From Euprymna scolopes (Eukaryota), in assembly GCA_053919585.1 (NCBI GenBank), contig CM132809.1: a DNA stretch of 64,000 nt; one strand, written 5' to 3'. How positions within the stretch are numbered: position 1 is the first letter of the stretch; each line of letters begins with the position of its first letter. The notes below the pieces were generated by a model, which saw only the letters and a list, made by a program, of their open reading frames with translations, made no database searches and had not been told where the DNA came from. This document shows positions 48,424 through 61,790 of the stretch, piece after piece. Both the position numbers and the translations under genes were made by a program.

Positions 48424-48861
48424 TGCAGCATCTGCAGAACAGATTGTATTTATTTGCTCCCCCACCGAGCAAATTAGGCACAAGGCCGATTTTTAATGTG
48501 AGGAGTGAAGGGGAAATGGGGACCAACTCCCCGGGGAGTAAGGGAGCTGGATAGTGACAATTGGTATGAAGGGTTGCCCCTACATTAACCAAGGTCTTAT
48601 ATGTGGGGTCGCCCCCACATATGGTCTTTGCTGCAGTATCTGCAGAACAGATGGTATTTATTTGCTCCCCCACCGAGCAAATTAGGCACAAGGCCGATTT
48701 TTAAAGTGAGGAGTGAGGGGGAAATGGGGACCAACTCCCCGGGGAGTAGGGGAGCTGGATAGTGACAATTGGTATGAAGGGTTGCCCCTACATTGACCAA
48801 GGTCTTATATGTGGGGTCGCCCCCACATATGGTCTTTGCTTGCAGTATCTGCAGAACAGAT
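48424..48861 (-). repeat. Tandem dimer of a ~188-bp retroposed unit separated and flanked by a 21-bp direct repeat
   Basis: TGCAGYATCTGCAGAACAGAT at 48424, 48632 and 48841 (period 208-209 bp). (AAAT)-like tail on minus. Confidence 0.85.
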
Positions 48862-49436
48862 ACTACACTTTGATCCCGGCCCGAAGGCCAAGAACATCGT
48901 AAACAAAAATATTAAGTATTGTTTCCTGGAAACCACAGGTGTGCTTGAAGATGGGAAATGTCAGTGTAATAGGTCAGTGCAAACGTTTTTTGCGGAATAA
49001 AAATCTAAGAAATAGAAAAAATGTTTTGGGAATTTCTTTATTCATAAGAATAACGGCCTTTGCTTTCTATTAATAGATTCAATCAGACAACTAACTCCGA
49101 ATGCTTCGAAATAAGTGATAATCTGCGAAAGCTATGCGAAGAAAAAATGAAGGATGGGACAAGATTTGCGAACCAAATTCCCCCAAGTGATCATTTATAA
49201 AAAAGTGATGTGTGGGAATGAACATTATCATTACCCTGATTGTTTTCGTTTGCAAATATTGCAGAAAAATGACTGATACTTTAATAATCTAAGAGAAAAT
49301 GTTATAACGTAATCATGGGAATATGTTTAAACAATATACATATAATTACGACGGTTTAAACAACTGCCTCACTCCTAATATATACCAGGTGCATGTTCAG
49401 TTAAAAAAACTTAAGAATTACAATATTATCCCCCTT

Positions 49437-49514
49437 ATAGCAAGGGTTACCCGGCGTTGCCCGATGAAATAAACAATACAAGTGGTCAAAAAGTGTAACA
49501 TCTTTATTTTAAGG

Positions 49515-49576
<62 letters not shown>

Positions 49577-49871
49577 GGTCCGTCTTTATCGTCTCTCGTT
49601 TCTTCCTTCCCCGTTTTTTTTTCAACTTCATCTTCCCCATCCGACTTTCACGGTTTATTTATATAACAGATCACATTAGACATGTCTAAATCCCCTCTCC
49701 TGAAGAAACCCCGTCCAGTTTACAAACAGAATAGATAATTTTGTTTTATTTTGGATATATGTGTGCAACAACCATCAAAAAAATTAAACTTTGTGTGTCT
49801 TTGTAGTAGTTTTGGACTTTAGACGTACATAAAAAAACATACACACAGACAACTTCTTTCTTTATAATAGA
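49437..49871 (-). mobile_element. Non-autonomous Helitron (a further decayed copy at ~59810-60210)
   Basis: Hairpin ACCCGGCGTTGCCCG next to a degenerate CTAG end. The opposite end is TTTATAATAGA. Internal (CT)n. Confidence 0.6.
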
Positions 49872-52800
49872 CTAGTTGAGTTATTGAAAGATTGTCTATG
49901 GTTTTTCTTCGGGAATTAATCCTATTTAAGTTAATTCGTCGACGTACAATTCGTTTTAGTGCTAGACGAAACGTTCTCTTGCTTTCAAAATAGAGAAAAG
50001 AACAGAAAAAGTGTCGGATTCGGAATTCTTAACAATCAGCGTTCTATTTCTTCTCCAACCAGCCGTCTATTTCTTCATCCTTGCTGCCTTCATAATTCCA
50101 TTTTCGTCCTCTTCCCAACTGACAGCAACCTCACGTGCACGAGATAATCAATTACTATCGTGGAAAAAAACAAGCGGTTAGTGTAGTTTGCTTGAAGCAT
50201 TGTCTAGTATATAATTAAATGTAATATGCAGAAGGCAGTACAATGCAGAGGTGTAACGGAGACACACAAGCTGATGCAGATGAAGAATAGTTTTATTACT
50301 ACAACTACAAATACATGTGTATACTATTATAGATTTAATACACACGTTTTATTTATATTTGCGTTGTGATTACTTGCGTCAGCTGGTCTGATGGAATATC
50401 CGTATTCTATAATATTTTCAGAAAAATTTCTTCGTCAGATATGTATTCGACATTAAGTAATATGCGCCTATGAAAACAATAAGTCTCGCAGAAAATAATG
50501 ACCTGAAACGTCTTTTTATACTGCCGCTTGAACCATAAATAGCGCAATAATAGCGCCTAAATTTCCATGTAACTTATTTTTCGTATCGATCCGGTTTCGT
50601 GTTCGAATGCCAACGCTTCTCTACAGAGGGCACACGCCAACTGTTGGCGTTTACTGCGTTATAAAATATAGTATGCTATAGAAAACTAAATTTCAATATG
50701 AAATAATGGAAGTATTACAAAAGTGCGTTTTGAAAAAAAAAATTCCGGTGAATGTAAGTACTGATCCATCTTCCCATGAGGGAGTTTATGTTTATTGTTA
50801 ACTTTGAATGTACAGAAAATCCAAATCCGAAAAAAAAGTGAGTTGAATCTGACAAAAACAAAATTGTGTCGGTATAATATAAAATGTGACGAAAATGTTT
50901 TTAAACTAAGTAGCTCGTAAAACTCCTACTGCAGTGAACTAGCCGGCCTGGCATAATATGGAAAAGTTCATTACAAGAATGGCCCAGATTCTGTTGTTTC
51001 TGGGACAGACGTGAAAATCACATTAGTCCTAAGGCACTATAGCTAAGTTAGGATGGAAGTTAACGTATGCAGATAGAAGTAGCAGCCATAAACTTTATTT
51101 GATTTTAATATCCCTAGCCTCACTGATCCAGATTCAAATGCAGACCTGGTCAAATTGGTTCCAAAGAGAAAAAATGGTAATTTAATCCAGCTGATTTCTA
51201 TGCATTTTCATAACATCTTCGCTATCATACATCGTTCTTTTTTTTCCGCCATGATAGAATATAATCGAATAAAATCATAAATTAAAAATGGCGGTCGAAT
51301 AAAGTTAGGTGCGAAGCGATTGGAAGAGGTTTTATAGTGTTTGTATTTCTATTTTCTGTTTTCCTATCTATCTGTTCCTAGAATTGTAAAAATTTTAGTT
51401 GTATTGCGCAACTTTTAGAATGACTAGAGAACGGCTGGTTTATCGATTTCCTAAAGTGTCAATTTTTGGAGCAGTGCTCGATAAATATTTTACTTAAAAT
51501 TCGCCATTTTAAATTATATTATCCTGCGTCACGTAAAATTTCGCTACAGTGCGTGCGAACCAACATCTGTCCGACATGCAGCAGTCAATATTCACATGTT
51601 TTTGTTTTCTTTCGTCAATTATCTATTCTCAAGTTTCTACTGATTGTTTATTTGTTTTATTTTTATCTAATATTTTTAGTAAAGAGAAAACTAGAAATGT
51701 GTTGAATTTTTTTTCGAATTTCTCACATGGCAGTAAGATGAAAGGTTATAATTATGAATTACAACCGGTATATTTATATAATTCAAGTGAATTTATTTCT
51801 TATGTTCAATAGTAATTATTTCTGAAAAGAAATTATTTTTATATTTGTTTTCAACTCTCGGTGCTTCTTCTGACGCCCATTTTCTATGCTGCGTCGGAAG
51901 TCTTTTTCCCATGTCATATTATAGAAACTATTTTGTTATGTTGCTTTTTAAGAAATTTTCCTATTATGCCAGGCCGGCGTAGATGGTTTATTAGAAGGCC
52001 GGCTTGTGCCATGCCAGGTAGCTTTTTGCGATGCTGTTGTATGCCAATGTACGTCGCTTTAACTTAACCCTTTATGACATAGTTTAACTAATTCTTTTAG
52101 TCGTAAATATAACGGTATAAAGTGGAAATTAATTCAAACACCTCTTGTACGTATTAGTTCATTGCTTGCATTCAGTATGCCGCCATCTCTCTCAGAGAGT
52201 GGAGGATTTTGAGAGTTGTCATAAACACACTTTTTCAAGCACTATGGTTAATAATCAAGTTAAGTTTATGAAATGCAAAAATTCTCAGTGGTAGTTTAAC
52301 TTTTGGACTTCATATTTTTTTCAGCTTGAAGACAATCATAGTATCATTATCCTTTAAACTAACTAAAGTTAAAATATTTTTTGATTATCTACATCATAAT
52401 TGAAATCATTAATTGAATTTAAGGGAATAACGAGGATACTAAAAAGAGCTCTCGGTTGGTTTCAATAACAGGGCAATGTTTGCAGCTGGTTTGGCTGCCC
52501 CATGCCCAGCGTTACAATCTTCAAAGGAAGAAATTAAAGATCTTTTGTCGCGTAATCTGTGGGAGGTACTTGTCTTTGTCCCATTTTCGGCGATCTTAAA
52601 TGAAAAACAGGGAAAAGGACTAAATCTATACATAGCCTATATATGAACATGAACTGTGCCCGCTGCACAGACCGCCATCATCTAACTTGTGTCGAGCCAA
52701 AGTTGTTGTCAAATCCACTCAGCGCTGCAACAAAGGTATTTTCCCTACGAAACAAGAGATGATTGCAAGCACAGATTATTAATAAATAAGTTTTTTTAAT

Positions 52801-53977
52801 GATACAAGTGGTATTTCCATGTTTGAATGACTGACTTGCAGGTTTGAATGATAGACTTGCAGAATAGGCCTTTCGCCTGACGAGATCAAAACGCATTTCT
52901 TATTGACACTATCTCTCAGTAAAAATCGCCCAAGGGACTCAACTCGTCCGGAGATGCACACTGGCCTAACTCTTCAGAAACTCTTGATAAAATCAAATAC
53001 TTGTTTCAAACGTTCAACTTCAATTCCCAATCTGGTTGCTGTTCCCCCCCAGTGAACCCCCCTTCACATTTCCTTAAATCTTTTCACTTCACTTTTCGAC
53101 TGATGCCAAGTCTTTGTTAGGGGTCGTAATTCGACCACTAATATGTTGCTCGAAACCTAGCATTCAGACGGTCTCTATTCAATTGGTTTATCTGGATCTT
53201 ATCTTGGAAAATTACTTTTCTTAAACAAGTCTCCCCCAGCATAACTAGTTTTTCAAAGAAAATAGATTTTGATTGGTTAGATATATTTTTAGTTCTCTGC
53301 GCCCCACCCCTCATCTTGGCATACGTACGCATCAATAAGATATTCTTTGCAGCGCATGTTTACGAAACAAAAGTTGTACTCGTTACTCCTTTTGAAATGA
53401 AAATAAATATAAATGTTGCAAAGGCGACCTCCCAACCCTTTATATTTACTGCGATTTTTAGCAGTGCGTCGTAAATTTCACAAAACTGGCACGAGAAAGT
53501 GTGGTTTGCAAAAAAAAAAAAAACAACTCTTAGTGAGGTCTATTTACCGAATAGAAATAAACCTGGTTCACACTGTTTCCTGCATTTTTATAAGTACAGA
53601 AGGGTTCTAAGGCACTACATAACTAACAAAAGCCACGTAGTGTTTATTTTGTTTCCAATGTCGCCGCCTAAAATATTTATACTCGCTCAGTTAGCATTAT
53701 TCTTTCTCTATTCCCATCATTTTTTAAAATTAAATCGTTGAGGAACTGGTAGTCAGTCCCAATTAAGATCTGTAATTACCACTGGTTTTTTGAATCAATA
53801 AAAGTACAGAAAAGCACATTTACTATATCGAAAGTATAAATATCTATTAAGAAAACTTACCAAACCGGATAGAAAGAATAAGGAGAAATAAATTATTTGT
53901 TTCCTCCCAAACCATTAAAATAATTTCGTCTGGCAGTTTTTACTCACAAAATATCATTTGACTGAGCGGAGTTACAT

Positions 53978-54620
53978 ACGGACTGTCCAAAAATTTACTG
54001 AAGAGTTTTGGAATTTTAATAAATTCTTTTATTTTTGATATCTTCTGTAATTTTAACACAATTTGACTAAGGTATTGGGAAATGTAATAAAAATGCAAAA
54101 TTCAAACAATATTCATGAAAAATGTCTTTTAAATGTTGACCATTTTCAGTTTCGCATATTTGTACTCTTCTAAAATTCATAACAGATTGCAGAATCTCTG
54201 GATTGCGATTTAACTCCCTTATTTCCTTCTATTCTTGCAGGGTTTTAGGGTGTCCAAAAAGTCCCTGCAAGAATTGGAACAAAGTAAAGGTGTTAAATTG
54301 CAATTCAGAGATTCTGCAGTCTGTCATGTATAATGTTTCTAGAAGAGCACACATACAGTGTACCTCGGATATAAGAGACTTCTGCTCCGATCCCTAGAGC
54401 TCTCTAACATCCGGGCTGGACTTATATCCGTGTTACACTGTACGCTAACTCGGGCTCTAATTTGGGACCATATAAAATCCCTTTTATAGCCGGTTTTGTT
54501 ATATTCGGGTTTCTTATATTCGGGATACAATGTATGCGAAGCTGAAAATGGGCAACATTTAAGACATTTATTCTCATGCAAAATTCAAACCATTTTTTTA
54601 TATGTTATTAAATTCCCCAT
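53978..54620. mobile_element. Palindromic MITE interrupted by a second MITE
   Basis: About 54100-54235 is the reverse complement of 54278-54355 joined to 54533-54590. Confidence 0.6.
54356..54532. mobile_element. pogo/Tigger-like MITE
   Basis: TIRs CAGTGTACCTCGGATATAAGAGAC and (rc) CATTGTATCCCGAATATAAGAAAC, with a TA duplication on both sides. Confidence 0.75.
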
Positions 54621-55392
54621 CATGAATTTTAGAATGTGTTCTTTTAAGTATGGTTAGTAGTATTAGTGCATTCGTCTTTGTTAACTGTACCATTTAAGAC
54701 AGGTCCCTACCAAACATTAATCATTACATAAAAATCATTTGAAATATGTTAAATACAAAAAATAATTTTAAAAATTCTCTACATCTAATATTTAACTATT
54801 AAAACAACATAATCGTGTTAGCATTTAGGGGCGTGGCATAAGAATGACGTCACTGACTCAAAAGCATATATAGAGATTAATATGGGGAAGAGCGAGAAAG
54901 AAGACGAAAACGACGCGTAGCACTTGGCCAGTTACGTTCGGGTATCGAGTGATTCTGCTCTCTGTCTTTGTCCTTCTCTCTTTCTGAGTTTCAAAAATCA
55001 TACTTTGTAAAAATTTTCGCCGTGCCAGTAGGATTTTCATCATCAGTTTTCTGGTGCGGTGTACCGACAGATATCATGCTGTGTCAGTTGCGTAAGATGA
55101 AAAAAAATATCATTTTTTTTCTTTCCCCAGAAAAGTCGTGTCCAGATTCTTATTTTCTTTTGCGATTGTTACTGCATACAGTGTTTTGAGAGAAATAGAT
55201 AACAACGTTACAGTAACACATTTTTAAGGGATCGGCGCGCGTATGAGCATTAATATAATTGGTATGTATTATAGACAAGAGGGTGACTAAAATAAACATT
55301 GTTTATATATTTCTATAAGTTTTAGCATTTAGGTGGCGCTACCTACACTGTACCTAACTTCCAAGAAATAAATATATAAAATGGCATATATA

Positions 55393-56300
55393 CAGGGCAA
55401 AGCGATCAAATGATCACCATTAAAAAAAAACAGCAACACTACAGCTTCATTTAAAAACCTTATTGAAAAAATCGATTCGGTAACTTGGTTATGTAGTAGA
55501 GCTATATTTACTCTATATAGCTCTATTTAATGTAGCTGCATTCGGCCTCAATCATCGCCTCTGTACGGGTCTCGAACTGGGAGCATGCCGTTTCCAAAAG
55601 TACCGGCGGGAATTCTGGCAGATAGTGGTGATCAGTTTGGCTCTTGTGTTGTGGAAAGTCATGTTGGTGATTTTCTCGAGGTATGGTCTATCAAAGTAGT
55701 CTAGCGGGTTGAGATCGGGGTGAAGGGGACGATGAGAGAAAGGTAGTAAGTCGTAGCACTGTTTCTGAAGCCAAGCCTGGGTTTATTTTGACTTGCTGGC
55801 CGGGGCTGAGTCCTGCTGCCACACCCAAGCTCTACTAGAAGCCACTTGATTGCACCAGAAGATCACCACACTCTTCAGCACATCCAGGTACTCTTTGGTG
55901 TTAACTTTCAAGCCGACTTCAAAGATGTGATGAAGCATGAGATGGCCATCACTTAAAACCACACCAAAGACCATAACCGTGGCCAGAAACTTCGTCGAGC
56001 TGTGTCCTCAAGCGGCAATCTAGCGATGCTTTGTGAGGGTGCTGTCAATGGTCCTGTTGTCATATATTGGATCGATAGAGGGCATGTGTTGTACAGCAGC
56101 GCATCTCCGATCTCTCCTGTTGAAAATTGTGTCATTTTCAGACGATAGAAGGCTCTTCTCGCTCTTAGGGTGTGTATACAACTGGTCAACTAGTAGATGG
56201 TCTGCAACAAAAAACGAAAACCAGTTTTCATCAAAGGGAAATAGAATCTTCTAGAATTTTCAGGAATTTTCTAGGGCGATAATTTCATCGTTCGTCCTTG
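55393..56300 (-). mobile_element. Internally deleted Tc1/mariner (maT/DD37D-like) element
   Basis: Imperfect ~28-bp TIRs flanked by TA. Translation VMVFGVVLSDG...WVWQQDSAPA...PDLNPLDY, with 36 codons between the two Asp in this decayed copy. Confidence 0.8.
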
Positions 56301-57744
56301 TACACGTTATACACGCTTGGGGGTTAGTATTCTACTAGACTATGTACAAGGGCAAACAAATAAGCAGTTCTCTTCATAATAGATTAAATTATTTTCTAGA
56401 TTCTCGTCTAAATAATGACTATGAAATAATTGACTTTCCGAATACAAACTAATACTTCGAAAGAGACGTGACCAGGAAGTTATTGTGTTAAACACGACTT
56501 CCTTATTTTGGTTGGAAATAAATATATGCGCTTCAGAGTACAACGTTTCAGGTGTCAATTAGCTTTTAATTCGATCGCTTTTTCCCAGCATGCATTACTA
56601 ATTGCATTTCCGCTTGGAAACTTTATTTTGTAAGAATTTCTGTTTTTGAACTGAAATTTACGTTTGTTTTTCTTCTCAATCTTATTTAGATTTACAACTG
56701 TCCAGTTTATCTTTTTTATTTAACGTTGTTAAGCATCATAAATCTTTGGATTTTTATCAACCTTTTTTTATCTGAAGTCGTTAGGTTTTTTTTTTATTTG
56801 TGAGCAATTTGTTATTTTTTATTTATTTCCCTTTTCGCCATCTTAATTTCCTTTTCTGTCGATGTTTTTTAGCCAAATATATCTTAATTATCTTTTATTT
56901 TATTTCAACTTACATTTTCGCCTCGCTTCTTTTTTCCTTTTTTATACTAGTTTTTCAATAATTTCTTTCGCCTGCTCTCGGTTACTCCTTTCTTTAAAAA
57001 AAACAGACGCCATTTTTGTTTGGATAAATATAACTCACTTGTACGCATGCGCGTGATTGATTTTAGTGTTTCTGCTTTGAGTCTCCTTCGAGTTTGATAT
57101 TCCAATGTGTTATCTTTGTCACGCTTCACCAAATCGTTGACGAACGTGAGGGCTTCAAATTCTGACACGGAATGTCCGACATTCCCTGACCGAAACCTCA
57201 AAACTAAAAAGATTTGTTTTAATTCTGTTCAGTCTGTTGTGTTTTTCTTTTATACTTTGTCATCTTAGTTCTTTTTTCTTTGTCAATCCTATCTTTTAGG
57301 AAGTTTATCGCTCTTTTAGATTTTTTTGCTTAAATCTTCACGCGATTTCTTTTTAATTAAACATTTTCATAGCATTCTTTCCAATCTTAAATCTCGATTG
57401 CAGTTGAACTCTTTCTTTGATTATTTAACCCTTATTTTCTTTGTCATCGACGCAAGCGTTTCAATATACAGTGATAATATAAGATTATAAGATTCATAGT
57501 ATTTTCTGTTTGAAACTCTAGCTTATGTTCGCCATTTTGTCGGATATTTGGTATTTAGTTAAGTTGTTATTAACATGGCAAGTACTTGATGCCCTCTTAT
57601 TAAACAGGCAATATTATAAAGGGTGTGTCAAGAGCAAGTAGAATAATTCTTAAAATGGAGTGGCTTCTCCCTTGCATTTCGGTGTAGCAGCTAGTGAAAA
57701 GATGGCGTTAAATCGCACTCTACTATAGGAAGCCATTAAGCTTT

Positions 57745-58590
57745 ACATTTTTTTGTTTTTTTACTCCTGTTCACCCCTTACAAAGCATATCTTATTGCTA
57801 AGAGGGTTTGTCGGGGATATGTACGTCGAGAGTGTACAAGTGAAACTTGTTCATCAGAGCACATTCCATTAAAATATTTGTAAAACGGACACAGTGATGC
57901 AAAATTACAGCGATGAGACAGGGGCTGGAGCTTAGTTGATAAAGTGCGACCGATTAGATTGACAATTCTGTTTTGGACTTTATCTAAGAGGGAGAAACTA
58001 GTGGTAGATGTACCAGTCCAGATGTTGCAACAATACTCCATGCATGGGGGAATGATGGCCTTTTTAAGGTACAGGTTGGTTGGTTGGTTGGTTGGTTGGT
58101 TGTTTTTGTTTTACGGCATATCAACCCTTTTCGGGTGATTTAATGCCGAATCCAGTGATTTTGAAGAAAACATTTTTAATAGAATATATTTGTTATTTTC
58201 AAGTCGGTTTCTATTTAACCCATAGTTGGAACCCTAACAAGTACTACCACTCCGGGTCAGAGTGGACCTGGGAGCAATGGTAATTAAAGGGTGGCCCCAC
58301 ACTCCTCAAAGCCCACAAGCTGGAGCCTCACCACTGGATATAGTTTAAGGTCATATCCAGGACCCCCATTGAGGGACTTTTACCCTCTGCAGGGGGTCAG
58401 TCGGCGTATTCTAATGCCCCATCGACAGGGCCGTTAAGGTACAGGATACTCTCAAGCGTGAGTTGTCTCCTAGCTAGATAGAGGGACCTCACTTTCTTTG
58501 CAGCCAGTTCATATTGCCTGCAAATGTTAGACCGAGGAGTTTGAAGGTAGAATTCTCAGGTAGGGTGCTAATTGTCATGGGTATAGGGGG
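57745..58590 (-). mobile_element. CR1/Jockey-group LINE fragment interrupted by a SINE
   Basis: MEYCCNIWTG...LDKVQNRI...LQPLSHRCN. Homology resumes after 58434. Confidence 0.85.
58076..58433 (-). mobile_element. Apparently full-length SINE-like retroposon with (CCAA)n tail
   Basis: 12-bp TSD TTAAGGTACAGG at 58064-58075 and 58434-58445. (TTGG)n lies at the left end. Confidence 0.88.
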
Positions 58591-59555
58591 GGTCGTATTT
58601 GTTTCATTGCATTTCGTCTTATTTGGTGCAAGTTTTATTCTTCTCTAATTTGCCCAAATTTATTTTCACGAATTTTTATTTTTATTCCAGCATTCTGGTA
58701 TCCTGGCAAAAGAAATCATTATTTTGCTTTTATCATGTCTTTGAAAAACTCTGTGTTCTGCAAAGTTTAAACAACAAAACAATTTTCGTTTACAAAACAA
58801 TTAGACCGGGAATCTATATTTTAAAATATAACAAATACTTTAGGTATGAGTTTTTCTTTTAATGATTGTCATGTTTAGCACTAAATAAAAAAAAAAAAAG
58901 AAACACTTAGTATGTCGGAAAAGGAAAAAAAAACAACAAAGCCTTGAAATTTCATTTCCTTCATTTTTCCCTTATGAAGTTGAATATTTGCTTTTTCTGA
59001 TTAATGCATTTCGAATTTAAATATATTTTTTATTAGGGAGTCACCATTTATCAAGGCCCGAAGGCTACTCCAGGATAAGGGTTAATGAATGAAAGGTGTT
59101 AATGTAGTAATGACGTAGATAGGGAAGAATTTTATTATTTATGGGGAAGGCTCAACCAGATATTGTTTATATTAATTCGAATGCTATTATGTTGTATTCA
59201 ACCGGGAAGTAGGCTAGCGAAACAGTGTCTCACAGGCGGGCAGTTGTAGGAGAGAAGCTTGATCATAAAATCTACATTTTCATTTAGGCACAATTAGAGA
59301 TAGGGGGAAATCGCATATAGTGGTTGTTACTAGCTGAGTGAATTTTTGTAAGGTGGGGGGGGGCGATACATTGGAGTTCAGTCGCGCTCTTGCGATGAAA
59401 ATAACTAATATATATATATATATATCTTGGAAGTTTTTAACCTTTAAAACTATACATTTTTTATCATTCGTTAGAAACTATTTAGTCAGCAAGTCATTTA
59501 ATAACCTGCAATCACTGCATCAACTTGCTCTCTGGAATTCACTATAGTACTAATC

Positions 59556-59597
<42 letters not shown>

Positions 59598-61361
59598 CAG
59601 TTTAAAGTGTTTTTCGTTTTTATTAGTCAGTCTTCCTCGGATCACAGTTCACCAACCAACATATGTGTCAAGGCAAAGACTTCACTGATGCTGATATTAG
59701 TCCAATAAAGTCTTTGACACCTCAATGTACAAAACAGTGTAATCAGCATAATTTTTGCGTATATTTTCGCATTGCTTTAATATAGCTTTATTTTTTACTT
59801 TCCTATTTTAGTAGCAGGATGCACGACGTTGCCCAGTATAGAGAAAAACTTCAAGGATTGTAAGAATTTTTTTTAACATAAAGAAGGCCCTTCAATATAC
59901 AGCATATATTATTCACAAATATAAATTATCCTAGTACTAACCAGACTTAATGTTGTTTATATATACCATGCATATACAAATATAAAGTGATGTAGTAGTG
60001 TTTAGATTTTTAGTACTTATCTTTATAATGTTCAATACCTGTGTAGAGCTTAGTGGTATAAAAATGTATATGGCAAGTAAGCTATACAGATGGGTGACTA
60101 ATTCAGTTTACCATGTAATCATCAATAAACGATTTTTTAAAAACTTTTGTCTCTCGAATTAGTTCTTAGCCATACCCACAAACAAATCAGATTCGTTGTT
60201 TTTATATACAAAAGAAAAAATGTTTCATCACCATCGGGAACTATCTAAATACTTTTTCCTTGCTATGCCTATGCACATATAAACTTTGAGTTTTATTTAA
60301 CTTTACGTCTTTCCCCAATTCCTCTTGACACATCTTGGCAAAAGCCCGGTCTTCCTTTCATGTCGATTAAATCATATCCTTTATTTTTTTCATCTTGTTA
60401 AGTCTACCGTTTTATGAGAATCTCGATCAACCGCAAAACGTTGTTTATATGGCATTTTCCAACAATTGTATAGTCGTATAGAAAGCCACTGGGGTTTTCA
60501 AACGATTTTGGCTCTCTACCTCGGCCAGTAACGAGGGAACAATGGGAGTATTACTTGGGTCAAGTGCCAGGTCGACTTCTGTCAACGTTACTGCGCCATA
60601 ATATAGCAAAACACAGCGTTCTATTTTCTCGTGTTTGCAGTAAGAAAAATTAAGCTTGTAAAACTGGGAAATCTCATAGAGGAACTGATATAGAATACAT
60701 AAATATGCTTAACACAAATTAAAAAAAAACGTAGTACAGCATAGAAGTAAAAAATAAAAGACAAAAGATAAAAACGTAATCATTATAAATGAAACGTGAT
60801 GAAAAAAATGATAGTTATGAATTAATGATACTTTACTCTCTTATCATTTAAGAAAAATTAAGGCTTGTGTATTTTTTCTGTTGAAATTATGTCAAATCTT
60901 CAAATAGACAATTTAAACAATTGATACGGATTAAGCACAAATGAAAAGCTAGCGGTCTCAAAGTTTAAAGGTAAGAAAAAAAACTTACTAAACAAAAAAA
61001 ACGAAATTTCTACAAATACACTTTACTTTTGAATAATATAAAATCTATTTATAATATTTGGTATAATGATAATATAAAAAATAACTACCACAGCCATTGT
61101 TGGTAGACTATATGTTAATAATAGTTCAAATATTAGAGTACTAATTTAAAATTTATTTATAGTTTTGAACACCTTTTTATATATAATAAAATCTTATAAT
61201 TGAAGCGGAAGTCAAAATTTTTCTTTATAGAAGGGATGGCTTTTTTATAAATAGTGTACTTGAATGAATCTTCTCATTCAAATATTTTAATATTAATACC
61301 AAGTCAGACTCATAGGCTCTGTTTTAAATTTAATAAATTACTCTCTCTCCTCCTCTCTCCC

Positions 61362-61420
<59 letters not shown>

Positions 61421-61440
61421 TTTCAGAATGTGAGACATTA

Positions 61441-61731
61441 TATATAATAAATTCCACAGCTAAACACCGTCGCAGCCAACAAGAGCAATGACAGTCAACG
61501 AACTGGAACTCCAAGACTCGAGTTTCGCTTTCGTTTGGGCTCATCAGTTTGAGACATCCTAACTCAGGATTCGAAACCCGAGCCTCTTGCGTGCGAGGTT
61601 TTGAATAGTGAGTTCGCATGTGTCTAAGTGATGAGCCCAAACGAGGGAGAAATTCGAGTCTTGGTCTCCCTGTTCGTTGACTGTCATGGCTCCTGTGGGC
61701 TGCGACGTTGTTTGGCTGTGGAATTTATTAT

Positions 61732-61735
<4 letters not shown>
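61441..61735. mobile_element. Older fold-back cassette with minimal hammerheads, family D
   Basis: Diverged inverted arms meet near 61580-61595. Cores lie at 61511-61550 (-) and 61624-61664 (+). Inferred consensus CCAA CTGATGA GCCC-AAACGA-GGGC GAAAC-TCGA-GTC TTGG. (TA)n lies on both sides. Confidence 0.75.

Positions 61736-61790
<55 letters not shown>

Noticed and set aside
50880-51200. Further mariner transposase remnant
   Set aside because: Too degenerate to support by eye.
52400-53340. Complex, less AT-rich block as a coding exon
   Set aside because: Only short ORFs, with no recognisable domain or convincing splice pair. It is left unassigned.
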